The notes: generated from the sequence alone by a model not told the origin. Numbered from the stretch's first letter, positions 26,678-39,830 are shown. The stretch: DNA of 64,000 nt from Octopus bimaculoides (GCF_001194135.2 NC_068987.1:48807287-48871286), one strand, 5' to 3'. Numbers and translations: made by a program.

Positions 26678-26721
26678 ATATGTATATATAAAGGACAAGA
26701 TGAATTGAACATCGACTTTTA

Positions 26722-27859
26722 TATGTTGGGCCATCCCATAAATACTGTGTTTTTTTTATATTTCTTTTATTTTTTCAAAATTAAGATAAACAAACATCTT
26801 TCTTAATCTAAAATATACTCTCTTTCATTTTCTACAATGCTTTTCCATCTATCTGGAGACTTGCAAGATCCCTCTTCCAAAATTCACTTCTCTGTGATGA
26901 AAAATACACCTTTAGTACTCTTCTGATCTAGTCTACAGAATTCATATTTTTTCCATCCAAATGATTTTGAAGACTGCAGAATAAATGAATAACCACAAAT
27001 ATGGTTGGTGGGACATCATTTCCCATTCGAACTGCTCCAGCCTTTGGAATGTTATCCTCGCTGTATGTGGCTGATGGAAAAGCACTTTTCATCTTGAAAC
27101 CAAAGATGGTTGTTTATCTTCTAGCGTTGACTCAAGCTGCTCACAGTACATCTTCTCTGTTATCATTTGGTTTGGGTTTAGAAGCTCCAAGTGGACTAAA
27201 CCTTTCATATCCCACCAAACAGATAACACCTTATGTGGGTGAAAACCTTCTTTAGCTTGGGGTGCTGGTGTTTCTCCTTTTCTTACCCACTGTCTTTGGT
27301 GTTTGACATTTTTAGAGAACCAACCCATTTCTTGTCACAGGTCACTATTGAGTCCAAAAAAGGTTCATTTGTGAGACGTGACTGCAAAGAAGAGCACACA
27401 TTCACTTTCGGCACATGGTTAGACCCAGAAAGTTTGACGAACCCATTGACCCAATTTGCAGACTTTTCTGATGGCACGCAGGTGTCGATGATGGGATTTT
27501 GTTCCACCAGGGTTTGCAGGATGTCCTCGTTGAGCTGAGGCCCATTTTCTAGGCTGTAATTTCTGGAACCACTGTTATGCTTATCGTTTGATCTCCTGCA
27601 CTTTCTGTGGCATTGTTGCCTTTATTGAACTCATAAAGTAAAATATGCCAAATATGCTACTTTGTCACTTTCATTACAGCTTTGAAAAAATACCTTAAAC
27701 TCAAACTGCACTCTTCAAAACATGCACTTAGAATAAATACAAGATAAAATTACTATCTACTTTTATAACAAGTTGATCGAAGTAGTTTATCCCATCCCCC
27801 TCCGACTTTTAGTTTATGCAACTGAAAAAACTGCACTACTTATGGGGTGACTCAATATA
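26722..27859 (-). mobile_element. Mariner (Tc1/mariner) transposon remnant
   Basis: Imperfect TIRs TTGGGCCATCCCATAAATACTG and TTGAGTCACCCCATAAGTAGTG with TA flanks; transposase fragments IVTCDKKWV, VLSVWWDMKG, FHQPHTAR. Confidence 0.9.
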
Positions 27860-27994
27860 TATATATAAATATACATATCCATATATTTGGTTGCCTAAGC
27901 CTGACGAGCTAGGTTCATGTGATGAGCCTACAAAACTAAAATTGCATGAAGCCAAATGAAACTGTTATTAAATAATATATACATTCCTTAGGGT

Positions 27995-28755
27995 CGCAAG
28001 CTGGCAGAAATGTTTGCATGCTGGGTGAAATGCTTAGCGGTATGTCGTCTGCTGTTACGTTCTGAGTTCAAATTCCACACTGGGGTCGATGTAATCGACT
28101 TAATCCTGTCGTCTGTCTTTGTTTGTCCTCTCTATGTTTAGTCCCCTGTGGGCAATAAAATGTACACATTCTTTTATTCTTTTACTTGTTTCAGTCATTT
28201 TGACTAGAGCACCACCTTTTAGTCGAAGAAATTAACCCCTGGACTTATTCTTTGCAATCACTTGTCCAATCACTTCAGTCAAACAACAATTAACCTGGAG
28301 TTATGAGTCCAAGAAGCACTATATATTCTATTATATGTAATGTGAATTCACCTTCACCTTTCTCTAATGAATCAAACTACATCTCTTCATGCACTGTGCT
28401 TGTCTCTTCTCCACTGCACACTTTCAGGCCAATACCACTCATCTTTCTCTCCTGTTCTCCTACTGCTAATTGTATCACTGTTATTCTGTCACTCCCCTAT
28501 ATATCCATGTTTCACCACTTATTCTATCGGTCTTCTTTGCTGAACTGCTAAGTCATGTGGATGTAAACACAGACACAAACACACAAATATATATATATAT
28601 GGCAGGCTTCTTTCAGTTTCCGCCTACCAAATCCACTCACAAGGCTTTGGTTGGCCTGAGACTATAGAAGACACTTACCCAAGGTGCCACACAGTAGAAC
28701 TGAACCCAGAACCATGTGGTTGGGAAGCAAGCTTCTTACCACACAGCCACGCCTT
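27995..28755. mobile_element. Cluster of SINE fragments around a dispersed repeat
   Basis: (ATT)-family head on plus at about 28000, reversed tail at about 28180-28260, reversed tRNA-like head at 28600-28755. Confidence 0.6.
28300..28519. repeat. Dispersed direct repeat, copy 1 (copy 2 at 32608-32845)
   Basis: gttatgagtccaagaa...ccatgtttcaccact is closely similar in both places. Confidence 0.85.
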
Positions 28756-29594
28756 CATGTTCCTTTGTTATTTAATTAAGGTCAAATTAGCTTAAAATAT
28801 TCAATCCTGAAATATAAACTTTCAACATATTCTTTCATGATCAGTTGCTATGTTTCAAACATTTCTGTCAGCACTGTTGTGTTGTTGAAGACTGTGACTT
28901 AAAATTTGCATTTATTACATTTCTGGCAATAATACGCAATACAAATTTTCTTCCTAAGCTGCATCCTTTTAGCTGGAGTTAGTTTTGTGATGTTAATTTT
29001 TTTCTTGAAGAAAAACAAAAAAGAATTTTTGTTCTCTCAGAGTATGAAGATGATATTACAAATGGGATGGTAAATGAACCAACTGTAATATTCTAAAAAA
29101 TAAATAAATGTACAATATTTTCCAGTTTCATGATATGATTCTAAATACAAAGAGACGTCAAATTAAAATAATTAAATATGTTTGCTGAATAAAGAATGAA
29201 ACAGTGTTTGGGAAATCTGCTAGTATTTACTTTTCAGCCCATTCTGTTGAAATGCAGTGCGTTTCTTTCACCACATTTGAAAACTAATGAATTTAGTAAA
29301 ATAACTTAATCATTATTAAGCTGGTGTTTGGAACATAAATTAAAAAGATATTTTGAAGGAAGCACCTGGTTCAAAGGTATGAACAGGAAGTTTGTAACCT
29401 AGAACCAGGAGTGATCTCAGGCAGGTTGGTATCAAAAGAGTTAAAGAACTTTAAAATTGGGTTCAATTTATAAAATGCATGTGAGGAATGATGTACAACA
29501 ATCGCTCTCACAAGAAATAGTTATTCTTCCACAATTCCAAAACAATATAACACTTGAAATGAATATGAACTCATGACCTAGTAATCCAATAACC

Positions 29595-29790
29595 ATGACA
29601 CGCCGGGTGAAATGCTTAGCAGTATTTTGTCTGTCTTTATGTTCTGAGTTCAAATTCCACCGAGGTTGACTTTGCCTTTCATCCTTTTGGGGTCGATAAA
29701 TTAAGTACCAGTTGCGTACTGACGTCAGTCTAATCGACTGGCCCCTTTCCAACAACATTTTGGGCCTTGTGACTAGAGTAGAAAAGAATA
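29595..29790 (+). mobile_element. (ATT)-family SINE
   Basis: gttctgagttcaaattccaccgaggttgactttgcctttcatccttttggggtcgataaattaagtaccag. Confidence 0.8.
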
Positions 29791-30619
29791 ACCATGACAG
29801 GGTGATCATCATTGAAAAGCCATATTCCATGCTGGCATGGTTTTAACAGCTGTATGCTCTTTCTAATGCCAACCACTTGACAGTGTATTGGAAGCTTTTT
29901 TTGTAGCACCAGGAATTGTGAGATTGCCAAGTAACTTGTAAACAAGACCCCTTGACTGCATGGGGATATAGTAGTGAGAGCAGCAGCTTTGTCCCAGGTG
30001 TTGAGAGGCTAGAGAGGTAAGATAGAGGGACTTGCTGTAGAGATAGCTACCTGACCCCCAAAGAGGTGGAGGGAACAGCTGTCCAATACACAAACATATC
30101 TGTTAGTATGAAAAAATATAAATAACCTAAAATAGTCAGGTTGAAATTTAGATGAAATTAGAAGAAATCAATTAAAAAAATCAATAACATGAAGACAAAA
30201 TATGTTTTATTTTTGTTTATTGGGGAAAAACCCAGAATAATGGCCAGAAGGCACCATTTTAAATGCTGAGTCATTGTAATATAAAAGAAAATAAGGTAAC
30301 ATAATAGTACGATAAAATAATAAGCTGTTGAGAGAAGTAAAAAAAAAGGAAACAGTACACTCGGAGTATCTACATTCATGGAAGGAGAGAGGAGTCAGTT
30401 GTATTTATACTTTCTACTGAATAATGGTCTTAAATATAGCCCATGGATGTTGTTGACTGATCAGGCACAAGGGTTCTTTAGAATTGTAAAGACTTTTACT
30501 GCATATAAAACTATATTGCACACCTGGTTTTCCAGGAGTCTACCATATGTAACGTGGTTCTCTTCATCATGACTTAACGTTATTAAACTAATAACGCTGT
30601 TGGTGATAGAAATAAAAGT

Positions 30620-32351
30620 TTTATTGATGTATTTATATTTATTTTAAATTTCATTCAAATAGATTAAAAAAAAACAAATGAAAACTTAAAGGTTGTTAAA
30701 CAAACCAAACAGACAAGACAAAAATTTAACAGTTGAAAGGACAAAATAGGACTGGTTGTTAAAAGATCTAAATAAATGATAAGCCTTTTATAAGTGCACT
30801 AATTTATATCTGAGGTTTTTAATAACTGATTGTAGCCTCATACAAAGTTTCAGTCAGCAGTGACTTAAGGCACAGCTAATTAAATAGCACCACCTGGTAG
30901 AACGATGAACAAAAAATTATAGATTTCTGAGAGGTTATCCATCCATGTACTAGAAACCAGGTTAATTGTTGTTTGACTGAAGTGATTGGACAAATATCAG
31001 TGTATTCAATATCAATAACGGTTGTAAATTTAATCAAAAGAAAAAAAAAATGCTATTTGTGGATATCTTTTTTCATTCATGAAATTTGAATTAACCATTC
31101 AAATTCTTCAGGTATATAACTACAATGTTAGCAGGATATATTATTTCATAGCAAACAGGTCCTAAGTTTAGAGGCAGAGTTAAACTGAAATATATTCAAA
31201 TCAGCATTTATATAAATATATATATAAAATATAGAGGTTATCAGTAAAATTGATATTTAAAAAGTATTTTATATAATATTTTGATAAAATGTTGCTAAAG
31301 AAATAATTTTATAGGCAGTTATGGGAATAGTTTTATCGATAGTGTTTTGATAATCATTTCCATAAAGAAAAGAATTTAGCTCTTGGCTATAAGAAAATAG
31401 CTTTACAAAACTTGCAGTAATATCTAACACATGTAAAAGAAAAATGTACAAAAAAATCATAAAACACAAAATAAGATTATTAGAAAGAAATAATTAAATA
31501 TTTCCTTAAATGGAGGCTATTTGTATTAAAGTAAAATTAAACTGAAGTTAAACAAATCCCTTGAATCTTCAAAGCAATTTACTCAATGAATTTTAAAAAC
31601 AAAGTAACACAATGACCTTCAGCAAGAGTAAGTTTCTTTCTTTTTCTCTCTCCATTCTCTAAAAATATAAATTGTCACATAACTTACTAAACCAGCTAAA
31701 GTAGAGGCAATAAGTTTTTTCCATTTTTGTTTAAAAAATGTTTCCACCATAAAAATTTTACAGCAGATACTATTTTATTCCTACAGAATAAAGCAAAGAT
31801 AAAAATTTAAATAACAATAACAGAAATTAATAATTCATAATAATAATAATAATTTGGTTTTGCATTTGATNNNNNNNNNNNNNNNNNNNNNNNNNNNNNN
31901 NNNNNNNNNNNNNNNNNNNNNNNNNNNNNNNNNNNNNNNNNNNNNNNNNNNNNNNNNNNNNNNNNNNNNNNNNNNNNNNNNNNNNNNNNNNNNNNNNNNN
32001 NNNNNNNNNNNNNNNNNNNNNNNNNNNNNNNNNNNNNNNNNNNNNNNNNNNNNNNNNNNNNNNNNNNNNNNNNNNNNNNNNNNNNNNNNNNNNNNNNNNN
32101 NNNNNNNNNNNNNNNNNNNNNNNNNNNNNNNNNNNNNNNNNNNNNNNNNNNNNNNNNNNNNNNNNNNNNNNNNNNNNNNNNNNNNNNNNNNNNNNNNNNN
32201 NNNNNNNNNNNNNNNNNNNNNNNNNNNNNNNNNNNNNNNNNNNNNNNNNNNNNNNNNNNNNNNNNNNNNNNNNNNNNNNNNNNNAGCTTCATGTTTTTTT
32301 TGTCTTTTTATTTCTTTAAAATTTCTATTTCAACTTAAACCATTTCCTGGT
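30620..32351 (-). other. Probable 3' UTR of the PDZ-LIM gene
   Basis: AT-rich, repeat-poor sequence after the stop; minus-strand AATAAA at 30620-30625 is one of several candidates; interrupted by an N gap. End point is uncertain. Confidence 0.35.
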
Positions 32352-32429
32352 TTATCTTGCATGCTTTTTGCAGTATGGTTTGCCAGCTTTAGCATAGAAG
32401 GGCTGACCTTCAAGGCTAAGTTGGCAAGT
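32352..32429 (-). CDS. Zasp: Terminal coding exon, LIM3 second half and stop
   Basis: ttttccag|ACT TGC CAA...AGA TAA; TCQLSLEGQPFYAKAGKPYCKKHAR*, characteristic Zasp/Enigma C-terminus. Confidence 0.96.
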   Translation of the reverse strand, partial: TCQLSLEGQPFYAKAGKPYCKKHAR

Positions 32430-32607
32430 CTGGAAAAAAAAGAACAAAAACAAAATTAGTTATAAAGGAAGCAAAATGTTCAACAATTCTGAATTCTACA
32501 ATAAAGCAGGAAAAAAAAAGACTGTTGAAAATTAATTTTACTTTTAATATATGTAAAACATCTTTAAGAAAAAAATAATTAAATTAGATTAAATTCAAGT
32601 GTCTGGC

Positions 32608-32845
32608 GTTATGAGTCCAAGAAACACTATATATTCTAATATATGTAACATTAATTCACCTTCACCTTTCTCCAATGAATCAAACTACACCTCTTCATGC
32701 ACTATGCTTGTCTCTTCTCCACTGCACCCCTGCAGCCCAATACCACTATCATCTTTCTCTCCTGTTCTCCTACTGCCAATTGTATCACTGTTATTCTGTC
32801 ACTCCCCTATATATATATATATATATATATCCATGTTTCACCACT
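32608..32845. repeat. Dispersed direct repeat, copy 2 (in last intron)
   Basis: Matches 28300-28519. Confidence 0.85.
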
Positions 32846-33174
32846 CACTGCATTCCCCTTTCCTTGCTATCTCTCCCTTTGCACTCTCACAAACTTCCTG
32901 CTCACACACACTGTCCAATCTTCTACCACTCCATTTACATTTATCTCAATACCAATAATAATAATCCTTTCTACCATAGGTACAAAGTCTGAAATTTTAG
33001 GGAAGGAGTTAAATTGATTACATTGATTCCAGTACTCAATTGGTACTTAATTTATTGAAAAGCCAAGTCAACCTTGGCAGAATTTTAATTCAGAACAAAG
33101 TGAGAGATGAAATGCCACTAAGCATACTGCCCAGCATGCTAACAATTCTGCCAGCTTACTGCCTTAATAATAAT

Positions 33175-34127
33175 GGTTTCATTTATTTGCTGCAAGGGCA
33201 AAGCACAAGGGGGACAATACAAAAACTGACATAAAGTCAGGGGTTTACATATAATGAAATGATAAAAAAGAAAAAAAGAAATTCAATATACACAGTATAC
33301 ACTGAAAAAGAAGGGAAATATGCATAGCATACAAAGGTTAAAACAAAAAAAAGTGGTGGGGAGAATGATAGAGATGTGGCCCTCCTGATACAGGAAGGCC
33401 TCTAGGGATAATCGAGGAACTCCACTGTCCGAGATTTCCCTGAAACCCCAAGAACAAGTGCCCTCTCCAACTACACTTAGAGAGGTACCATTCACTCTTG
33501 CCATTTTTTCAACTTTCACCTATCTTTCAATAAACTCACTCAAGGACAGCACTCTCAATTTCCTTTCAAGTGAAACTTGATGAAGTCAATGAGAGTGCTA
33601 CCAAAGAGGAATGTATCTGTCTCATGCCTTTCAGCCTTGTCCACCGAACCTCTTTCGCTACAGCCACCAGGCAAAGGAAAACTGCCTTGCCTGCCTGATT
33701 GAAGTGCGATTATTACTACAGACTTGGCTAACAGACGGATCTGCCCCCCACACATGACAGCAGCTATTTGACAACCCCACAAGTCAGCAATGTCTGGACA
33801 CTGAACAAAGGTGTGCAGAACGGTTTCGTCACTCTGCATGCACCTTGGACAGGCCTGTCTGACAACACATCCATGCCAGTAGAGTTTATCTCAAACTGGT
33901 AGCAGCCCCTATTAGCACTGCCAAGCCAAAAACATGTGGAAATTACTCATGATAGTTCCTGACTGGAAAGTCCTCTGGAACAGACTAGTCAGTTTGTTCT
34001 TGTTGGCACTCAGAGTCTCCCCAAGAACGTTGTTGCACTTCTCTGCAACTAATCCTCTATAAATTTCTAAAGCAGAACATCCACCGATCTCATTGCCCAA
34101 CTGGTAGAGGGCTGTGAGTGCCTGATG
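33175..34127 (-). mobile_element. L1/Tx1-clade LINE 3' fragment (zf-RVT/CCHC region)
   Basis: LAWQC*GLLPV...HGC...CPRCMQSDETVLHTFVQCPDIADLW; disrupted by stops. Confidence 0.75.
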
Positions 34128-34129
34128 AC

Positions 34130-34175
<46 letters not shown>

Positions 34176-34203
34176 TAACAACAACAACAACAATAATACG
34201 TAC

Positions 34204-34319
34204 TGTACAGGCAAAGCAGTCAGAATGGTAGCTATGATCCATTGCCTCAACCCATCTATCTCCAGGATCAATAGGATATTTACACCCAAAGCAAATGGCT
34301 TGGAACATTTCCTTCCAGT
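34204..34319 (-). CDS. Zasp: LIM3 first half
   Basis: ccag|AC TGG AAG...TGT ACA|gtacgt; 116 nt, phase 1 to 0; (H)WKEMFQAICFGCKYPIDPGDRWVEAMDHSYHSDCFACT. Confidence 0.96.
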
Positions 34320-34487
34320 CTGGAAAATAAAATTGGAAAAGTTTATGAGTGTTATGACAAATGAAAGAAAGAATAGAGAATATTGAGAAAAGGCAAAAGA
34401 AAAGATAGGAGCAAGGTAAAGAGGGTGAAGAGAAAATTGAGAGTTAATCTCATACATCCACACACACATATATACACATAGAGTAGA

Positions 34488-34864
34488 GGCACTCCGTCGC
34501 TTATGATGTCGAGGGTTCCAGTTGATCTGATCAACGGAACAGCCTGCTCGTGAAATTAATGTGCAAGTGGCTGAGCACGCTACAGACACGTGTACCCTTA
34601 ACGTAGTTCTCGGGGATATTCAGCGTGACACAATGTGACAAGGCTGACCCTTTGAATTACAGGCACAACAGAAACAGGAAGTAAGAGTGAGAGAAAGTTG
34701 TGGTGAAAGCGTACAGCAGGTTTCGCCACCATCCCCTGCCGGAGCCTCGTGGAGCTTTTAGGTGTTATTGCTCAATAAACACTCACAACACCCGGTCTGG
34801 GAATCGAAACCGCGATCCTATGACCGCGAGTCCGCTGCCCTAACTACTGGGCCATTGCGCCTCC
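34488..34864 (-). mobile_element. Well-preserved tRNA-derived SINE (tRNA-Arg-like head)
   Basis: GGAGGCGCAATGGCCCAGTAG (A box)...GGTTTCGATTCCC (B box); 3' half recurs at 38200-38350. Confidence 0.8.
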
Positions 34865-35109
34865 ACTTATACACATACACACACACATAAACAAGTGTCA
34901 GTGTCTGTTGATGACAATATAACAATGTATATTATACCTGAGGTGTGAATAGTGACATGCAACCACATACTTATCTGGATCACAATAAAAAAGGAGAGGA
35001 GAAAGTGATACCCCTACAGTGTCAGTGCCAGTGTGTGATGGTAATGATGTAAAAATGTTTAGTATGTCTTAGGTGCAGAAAAAGAAATGACAAGCAGTTG
35101 CATACTCAC

Positions 35110-35230
35110 GAGGATCACAATAGAACTCCCCATCTTCTATGTGGAAGCTGCTGCCTCCAATTGGCTTCCTACAGTGAGCACACAAGAAACAATTGGGATG
35201 GAAAGTAGTGTTCATAGCATTCACACATTC
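35110..35230 (-). CDS. Zasp: LIM2 exon (absent from the ORF track)
   Basis: ttatag|GAA TGT GTG...CCT C|gtgagt; 121 nt, phase 0 to 1; ECVNAMNTTFHPNCFLCAHCRKPIGGSSFHIEDGEFYCDP. Confidence 0.96.
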
Positions 35231-35252
35231 CTATAAGAAAAAGAAAATATCA

Positions 35253-35284
<32 letters not shown>

Positions 35285-35792
35285 CATACATGAATTAAAG
35301 ATTAGAGAGATACAAAAGAAAAACTGACTAATATCTCTTATCTTTTACCTGTTCCAGTCATTAGATTGTGGTCATGCTGGGGCACTACCTTGAACTTTTA
35401 GTCGAATGAAATCAACACCAGAACTTTTTTTTCTCTTTTAAAGCCTGGTACTTATTCTATTGATCAATTTTGCTGAACTGCTAAGTTACAGTGACATAAA
35501 CTCACCAACACGAGTTGTCAAGTGATGGAAGTGGGGGGAACAAACACAGATACATACATACATATATATATATATAAGAATTTAAGGATTGGAGAAAACG
35601 CATGTTATAATTGCATACTTTATTCCTACATATGTTTCAAAGGATTACAACCTGTGTGATCCATAGGGATCTTTGATATTAAAATTGTAACCTTCTCATC
35701 AGGGAAAGCATGGGAATCATCTTAAATGTAAGACATTATGACCAATTATCTATCAGAAGAATTTTTATTCATTAAGATAGAAGAAATACACA

Positions 35793-35841
<49 letters not shown>

Positions 35842-35998
35842 GGCTTCTTTCAGTTTCCATCCACTCACAAGGCTTTGTTCAGCCTGAGCCTATAGTAGAA
35901 GACACTTGCGCAAGGTGCCATGCAGTGGGACTGAACCCAGAGCCATATGGTGGACAAGCAAGCTTCTTACTACACAGCCACACCTGCAATTATAATTT

Positions 35999-36529
35999 TT
36001 GGGGACTACATTACCCTTTTCCATTCAGATAGCTGAAGAGGTGGAAAAGGCAGACCTAAGGATCAGCTCTGAAATAACCAAGGTGAGGCAGGCTAGTAAG
36101 CAAGGAGAGATGCAAATTACTGTGAATCAAGAATCCACTGAAGACGTCACCAACTTCATCCATCTAGGCAGTATTATTACTACAGATGGAGATATTGAGG
36201 CTGATGTCATCTCCAGAACTGGGTGTGCAGCAGCAGTGTTCAAAGGAATTAGCAAGATCTAAACCAGCACTCCAATTAGCAACCATGTGAAGATCCTATT
36301 GCATCAGATCACTGTCTTGCCAACAGCAATCTATGCAGGAGGAAATAACTGCCAAGATCACTCAGAGGGTGAATCACCAATGATATGCAGAATACTCAAG
36401 ATGATTTACAGGGACAGAATCATAAACTCTGAAGTTTTAAGAAAAGCCAACCTGTGCATCCTGCAGGAGATTATAGTAGAAAGAAGAGTAAGACTTGCAG
36501 CTCATGTTTTCCAACTGCTAGAAGAATGA
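35999..36529 (+). mobile_element. Old RTE-like LINE RT C-terminal fragment
   Basis: DVTNFIHLGSIITTDGDIEADV...RILKMIYRDRIINSEVL...RRVRLAAHV. Confidence 0.75.
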
Positions 36530-36675
36530 CTGTCCAAAATTGCTAAACTTCTAAATTTTGAAATGTGTTTAAAATCTTTTCAGATTTAGGATTCATAAAC
36601 TGTGGTTAAGAGCATCTTTTCTTTGTATAGCTTTTTGACAATTTCAGTCCCGCAAGAAATTTTTAAAGTACTTAC

Positions 36676-36862
36676 CCCAATGATTACTTGGTTACATTTA
36701 TGGCAGTGAGGAGCAAAGTAGAGCTCGTAGTCCTTCTCACAATAAAGGAAGCCACCTTCTTCAACAAAGCCAATGTCAAAGAGCTTAACACCACAGCTAG
36801 GGTTAGCACAAACGAAGTGAGCAGGACACCAACTTTTTCCCATGGCCAATACAAACGGTCCT
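36676..36862 (-). CDS. Zasp: LIM1 and start of LIM2
   Basis: cag|A GGA CCG...ATT GGG|gtaagt; 187 nt; GPFVLAMGKSWCPAHFVCANPSCGVKLFDIGFVEEGGFLYCEKDYELYFAPHCHKCNQVIIG, typical Enigma-family LIM. Confidence 0.97.
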
Positions 36863-37503
36863 CTGAAATAAAATACAAAGACAGATAAGAAAATTTCTTT
36901 GTTATGTGGAAATGTATCTCCACAATTCCTTCATAAAAGGAAAGTGATTTTCTGTAAGCTCTTGGCACCAATGACGTTTTCAACGTATTGTAGTGATTCA
37001 AATAAAGTACTGGTTATCCATTTGCTTTCTCATAGTCTAAGAATGTATACTACTGAAACTTTGTCTCCAAAAGGTACCAATCCTGTATGGCTTACCACAA
37101 CGAGCCATATCTCTCTACAGTACTTATTTGCAGTTAGATGTTTGCCAGGTATTAGATTAAAGTGCCAGTGACAAACACACACTGATGATTTAGTAAGTCT
37201 TAAATCATGAAATCCAACAAAGTTAAATTAAGTTACGTATGACCTAGTGGTTGGGCTGTTGCACTTATGATCTGGCAACTCTAGTTTCAATTCCTAGGCA
37301 GGTAGTGTATTATATTCTTGAGCAAAACACTTCATTTCATGTTGCTCCAGGTCCACTTAGCTGTAAATGGATAACCCAGGGATGGATTGGTGTTCTGTTT
37401 AGTGGAAATGTTGGCATGCTCACCTGGCCAGCTGAGTGACATCATTTGAAAGCTACAACAATGCAAGGAAGTGCATCATGACCAGCGGTGTATAACACAC
37501 ACA

Positions 37504-37536
<33 letters not shown>

Positions 37537-37700
37537 NNNNNNNNNNNNNNNNNNNNNNNNNNNNNNNNNNNNNNNNNNNNNNNNNNNNNNNNNNNNNNNN
37601 NNNNNNNNNNNNNNNNTATGTTATTATAATGATAAGTGAAGTGTAATGACAATGATGATGATAAAAGTGGCTGTGATTCACACAAAAGAAATAAACAAAC

Positions 37701-37950
37701 CTAATTGGAGTTCCACAAGCGGCACAGACAGGGATCCTACCACTCTGATCAGGGGTTTTATAGACAGCATCGCCTTTCTTGCCTTTCGTAGCACCATGTC
37801 CAGTTGGTTTAGGGGGTCCAGCAGATACCTTAGGCTTGGTCGAAGCAGGAGGCCTATGGACTGGTGGTGGTGGTGGTGCTTTTGGTACAATCACAGGAGC
37901 TGGTGGAGGTGGTGGTGCTCTTGGAGCATGAGCAGCTTGCTTCGGAAGAG
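37701..37950 (-). CDS. Zasp: Proline-rich linker plus start of LIM1
   Basis: ttag|CT CTT CCG...ATT AG|gtttgt; 250 nt, phase 1 to 2; ends GRIPVCAACGTPI(R). Confidence 0.93.
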
Positions 37951-38133
37951 CTAAGCAAAAGAAAATTTTGTGGGTTCATATTGAGGAAGGCTGACAGAAG
38001 GATATTAAAAACACAAGACATGAGATAAAATAGAGAAATCATTAAAGAAATATTTCTGCTTATCATTTTAGATTATATATACATTATGTATACACACAAC
38101 ATGCATACATATGCATGACACAATCACATAATT

Positions 38134-38164
<31 letters not shown>

Positions 38165-38660
38165 CATATATAGACAATATCACATACACACAATATGGTA
38201 CTCCGTCGGTTACAACAATGAAGGTTCCACTTGCTCTGATCAATGGAACAGCCTGCATGTGAAATTAACATGCAAGTGGCTGAGCACTCCACAGACACGA
38301 GTACCTTTAATGTAGTTCTCAGGGAGATTCAGCATGATACAGAATATGACAAGACTGGCTCTTTGAAATATCAGTACAACACATTTTTGCCAGCTGAGTG
38401 GACACAGTAACACAGACAATCAAACATACACACAGATAATTACATACACAACCAGGCACATAATTACACACCAAATCCACTCACAAGTCTTTAGTTGACA
38501 TGGGGTACAGTAGAAGACACTTGCACAAAGTGACCAGCAGTGGGACTGAACCCAAGAGTTCATGGTTGGAAAGCAAGCTTCTTAACCATACAGCCATGCT
38601 CACACCAGTAACAATAATTACAAAAATGAATAAATAGAATAAAAAAAAATCACAACTTAC

Positions 38661-38743
38661 AGTACATTTGAACTGGTGGTGGAGGAGGTGGTGGTGGTGC
38701 AGGAGCTGCAGGAGGTGGTGGCGTGTAGCTTGCCACTGGAGCC
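38661..38743 (-). CDS. Zasp: Proline-rich linker exon
   Basis: cag|G GCT CCA...TAC T|gtaagt; 83 nt, phase 2 to 1; APVASYTPPPPAAPAPPPPPPPPVQMY. Confidence 0.88.
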
Positions 38744-38980
38744 CTGTTGGTGACAAGACAGACAGATCAGATATGGTTATTGTTTGTAAATAGTTAGGCC
38801 ATTCTCCAAGGTGTACTTTGACAAACCCCATCTAATGTTAAATTCACTAATTAGATATCTATTGTTATTATTCGATATTTTAATTCTTGTAAATTATTAT
38901 TGCTGTAGTAACGAAACAACTACAAATTCATCTATTCCTGACTATTTGCAAAACATTTTGTACAAGTTGACGTAGTTAGA

Positions 38981-38984
<4 letters not shown>

Positions 38985-39015
<31 letters not shown>

Positions 39016-39243
39016 CAACAATAATAATAACGTCTTCAAATTTTGCCACAAGGGCAGCAATTTTGAGGGAGGGGAGGAGTCAATTACAGCAACCCTAGTT
39101 TTCAACTGGTACTTATTTTATCGACTCCGAAAAGATGAAAGGCAAAGATGACCTTGGCGGAATTTGAACTCAGAATGGAGCGGCAAGCGAAATACTGCTA
39201 AGCATTTCACCCAGCATGCTAATGATTCTGCCAGCTTACTACC

Positions 39244-39278
<35 letters not shown>

Positions 39279-39830
39279 CCTTTTTGCTATAGGCACAAGG
39301 CCAGTGCTTTTGAGGGGAGGGAGCAAGTTGATTACATCAACCCCAGTACTTGTACTTTATCTTATCGACCCTGAAAGGATGAAAGGCCAAGTTACCCTCG
39401 GGTGAGCTTTGAACATAAATAGATGAAAGAAAAGTCATTAAGCATTTTCTGCAATGCATTAAGAATTCTGTCAGGTTGCTGCTTTAATACAATAAAGGTT
39501 TCAAATTTTGGAACAAGGCCAGCATTTAGGAATGGGAGTAAGTCAATTACACTGACCCCAGTGTTCAAGTGGGACTTATGTTATTGACCCCAAAAGGACG
39601 AAAGGCAAAGTCAACCTGGTGGAATTTGAACTAAGAAAGTAATGATGGATGAAATGGCGCTGAGCATTTTGTCCAACACGCTAACGACTACTAGCTCACT
39701 GCCTTAATATAATAATAATGATAAGCTTATTGTACACAGTGTTCAGGTGCACTACTACAGCATGTTATGAAAGTAGTAGGTTGTTACACCATAGCAAAAT
39801 TTTGTTTATTAAAACAATGTGTGTGTAATT
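38985..39830 (-). mobile_element. Array of three (ATT)-family SINEs appended to a CR1 3'-end fragment
   Basis: Three reversed units separated by (AAT)n; 39710-39790 matches the CR1 3' end at 53925-53980. Confidence 0.8.

Noticed and set aside
33912-34589. 225-aa ORF with poly-Leu
   Set aside because: Chimeric read-through of a SINE, the LIM3 exon in another frame, a (TAT)n tract and the Tx1 fragment.
34488-34864. Possible tRNA gene
   Set aside because: No acceptor stem or terminator; the head continues into a repeated SINE body.
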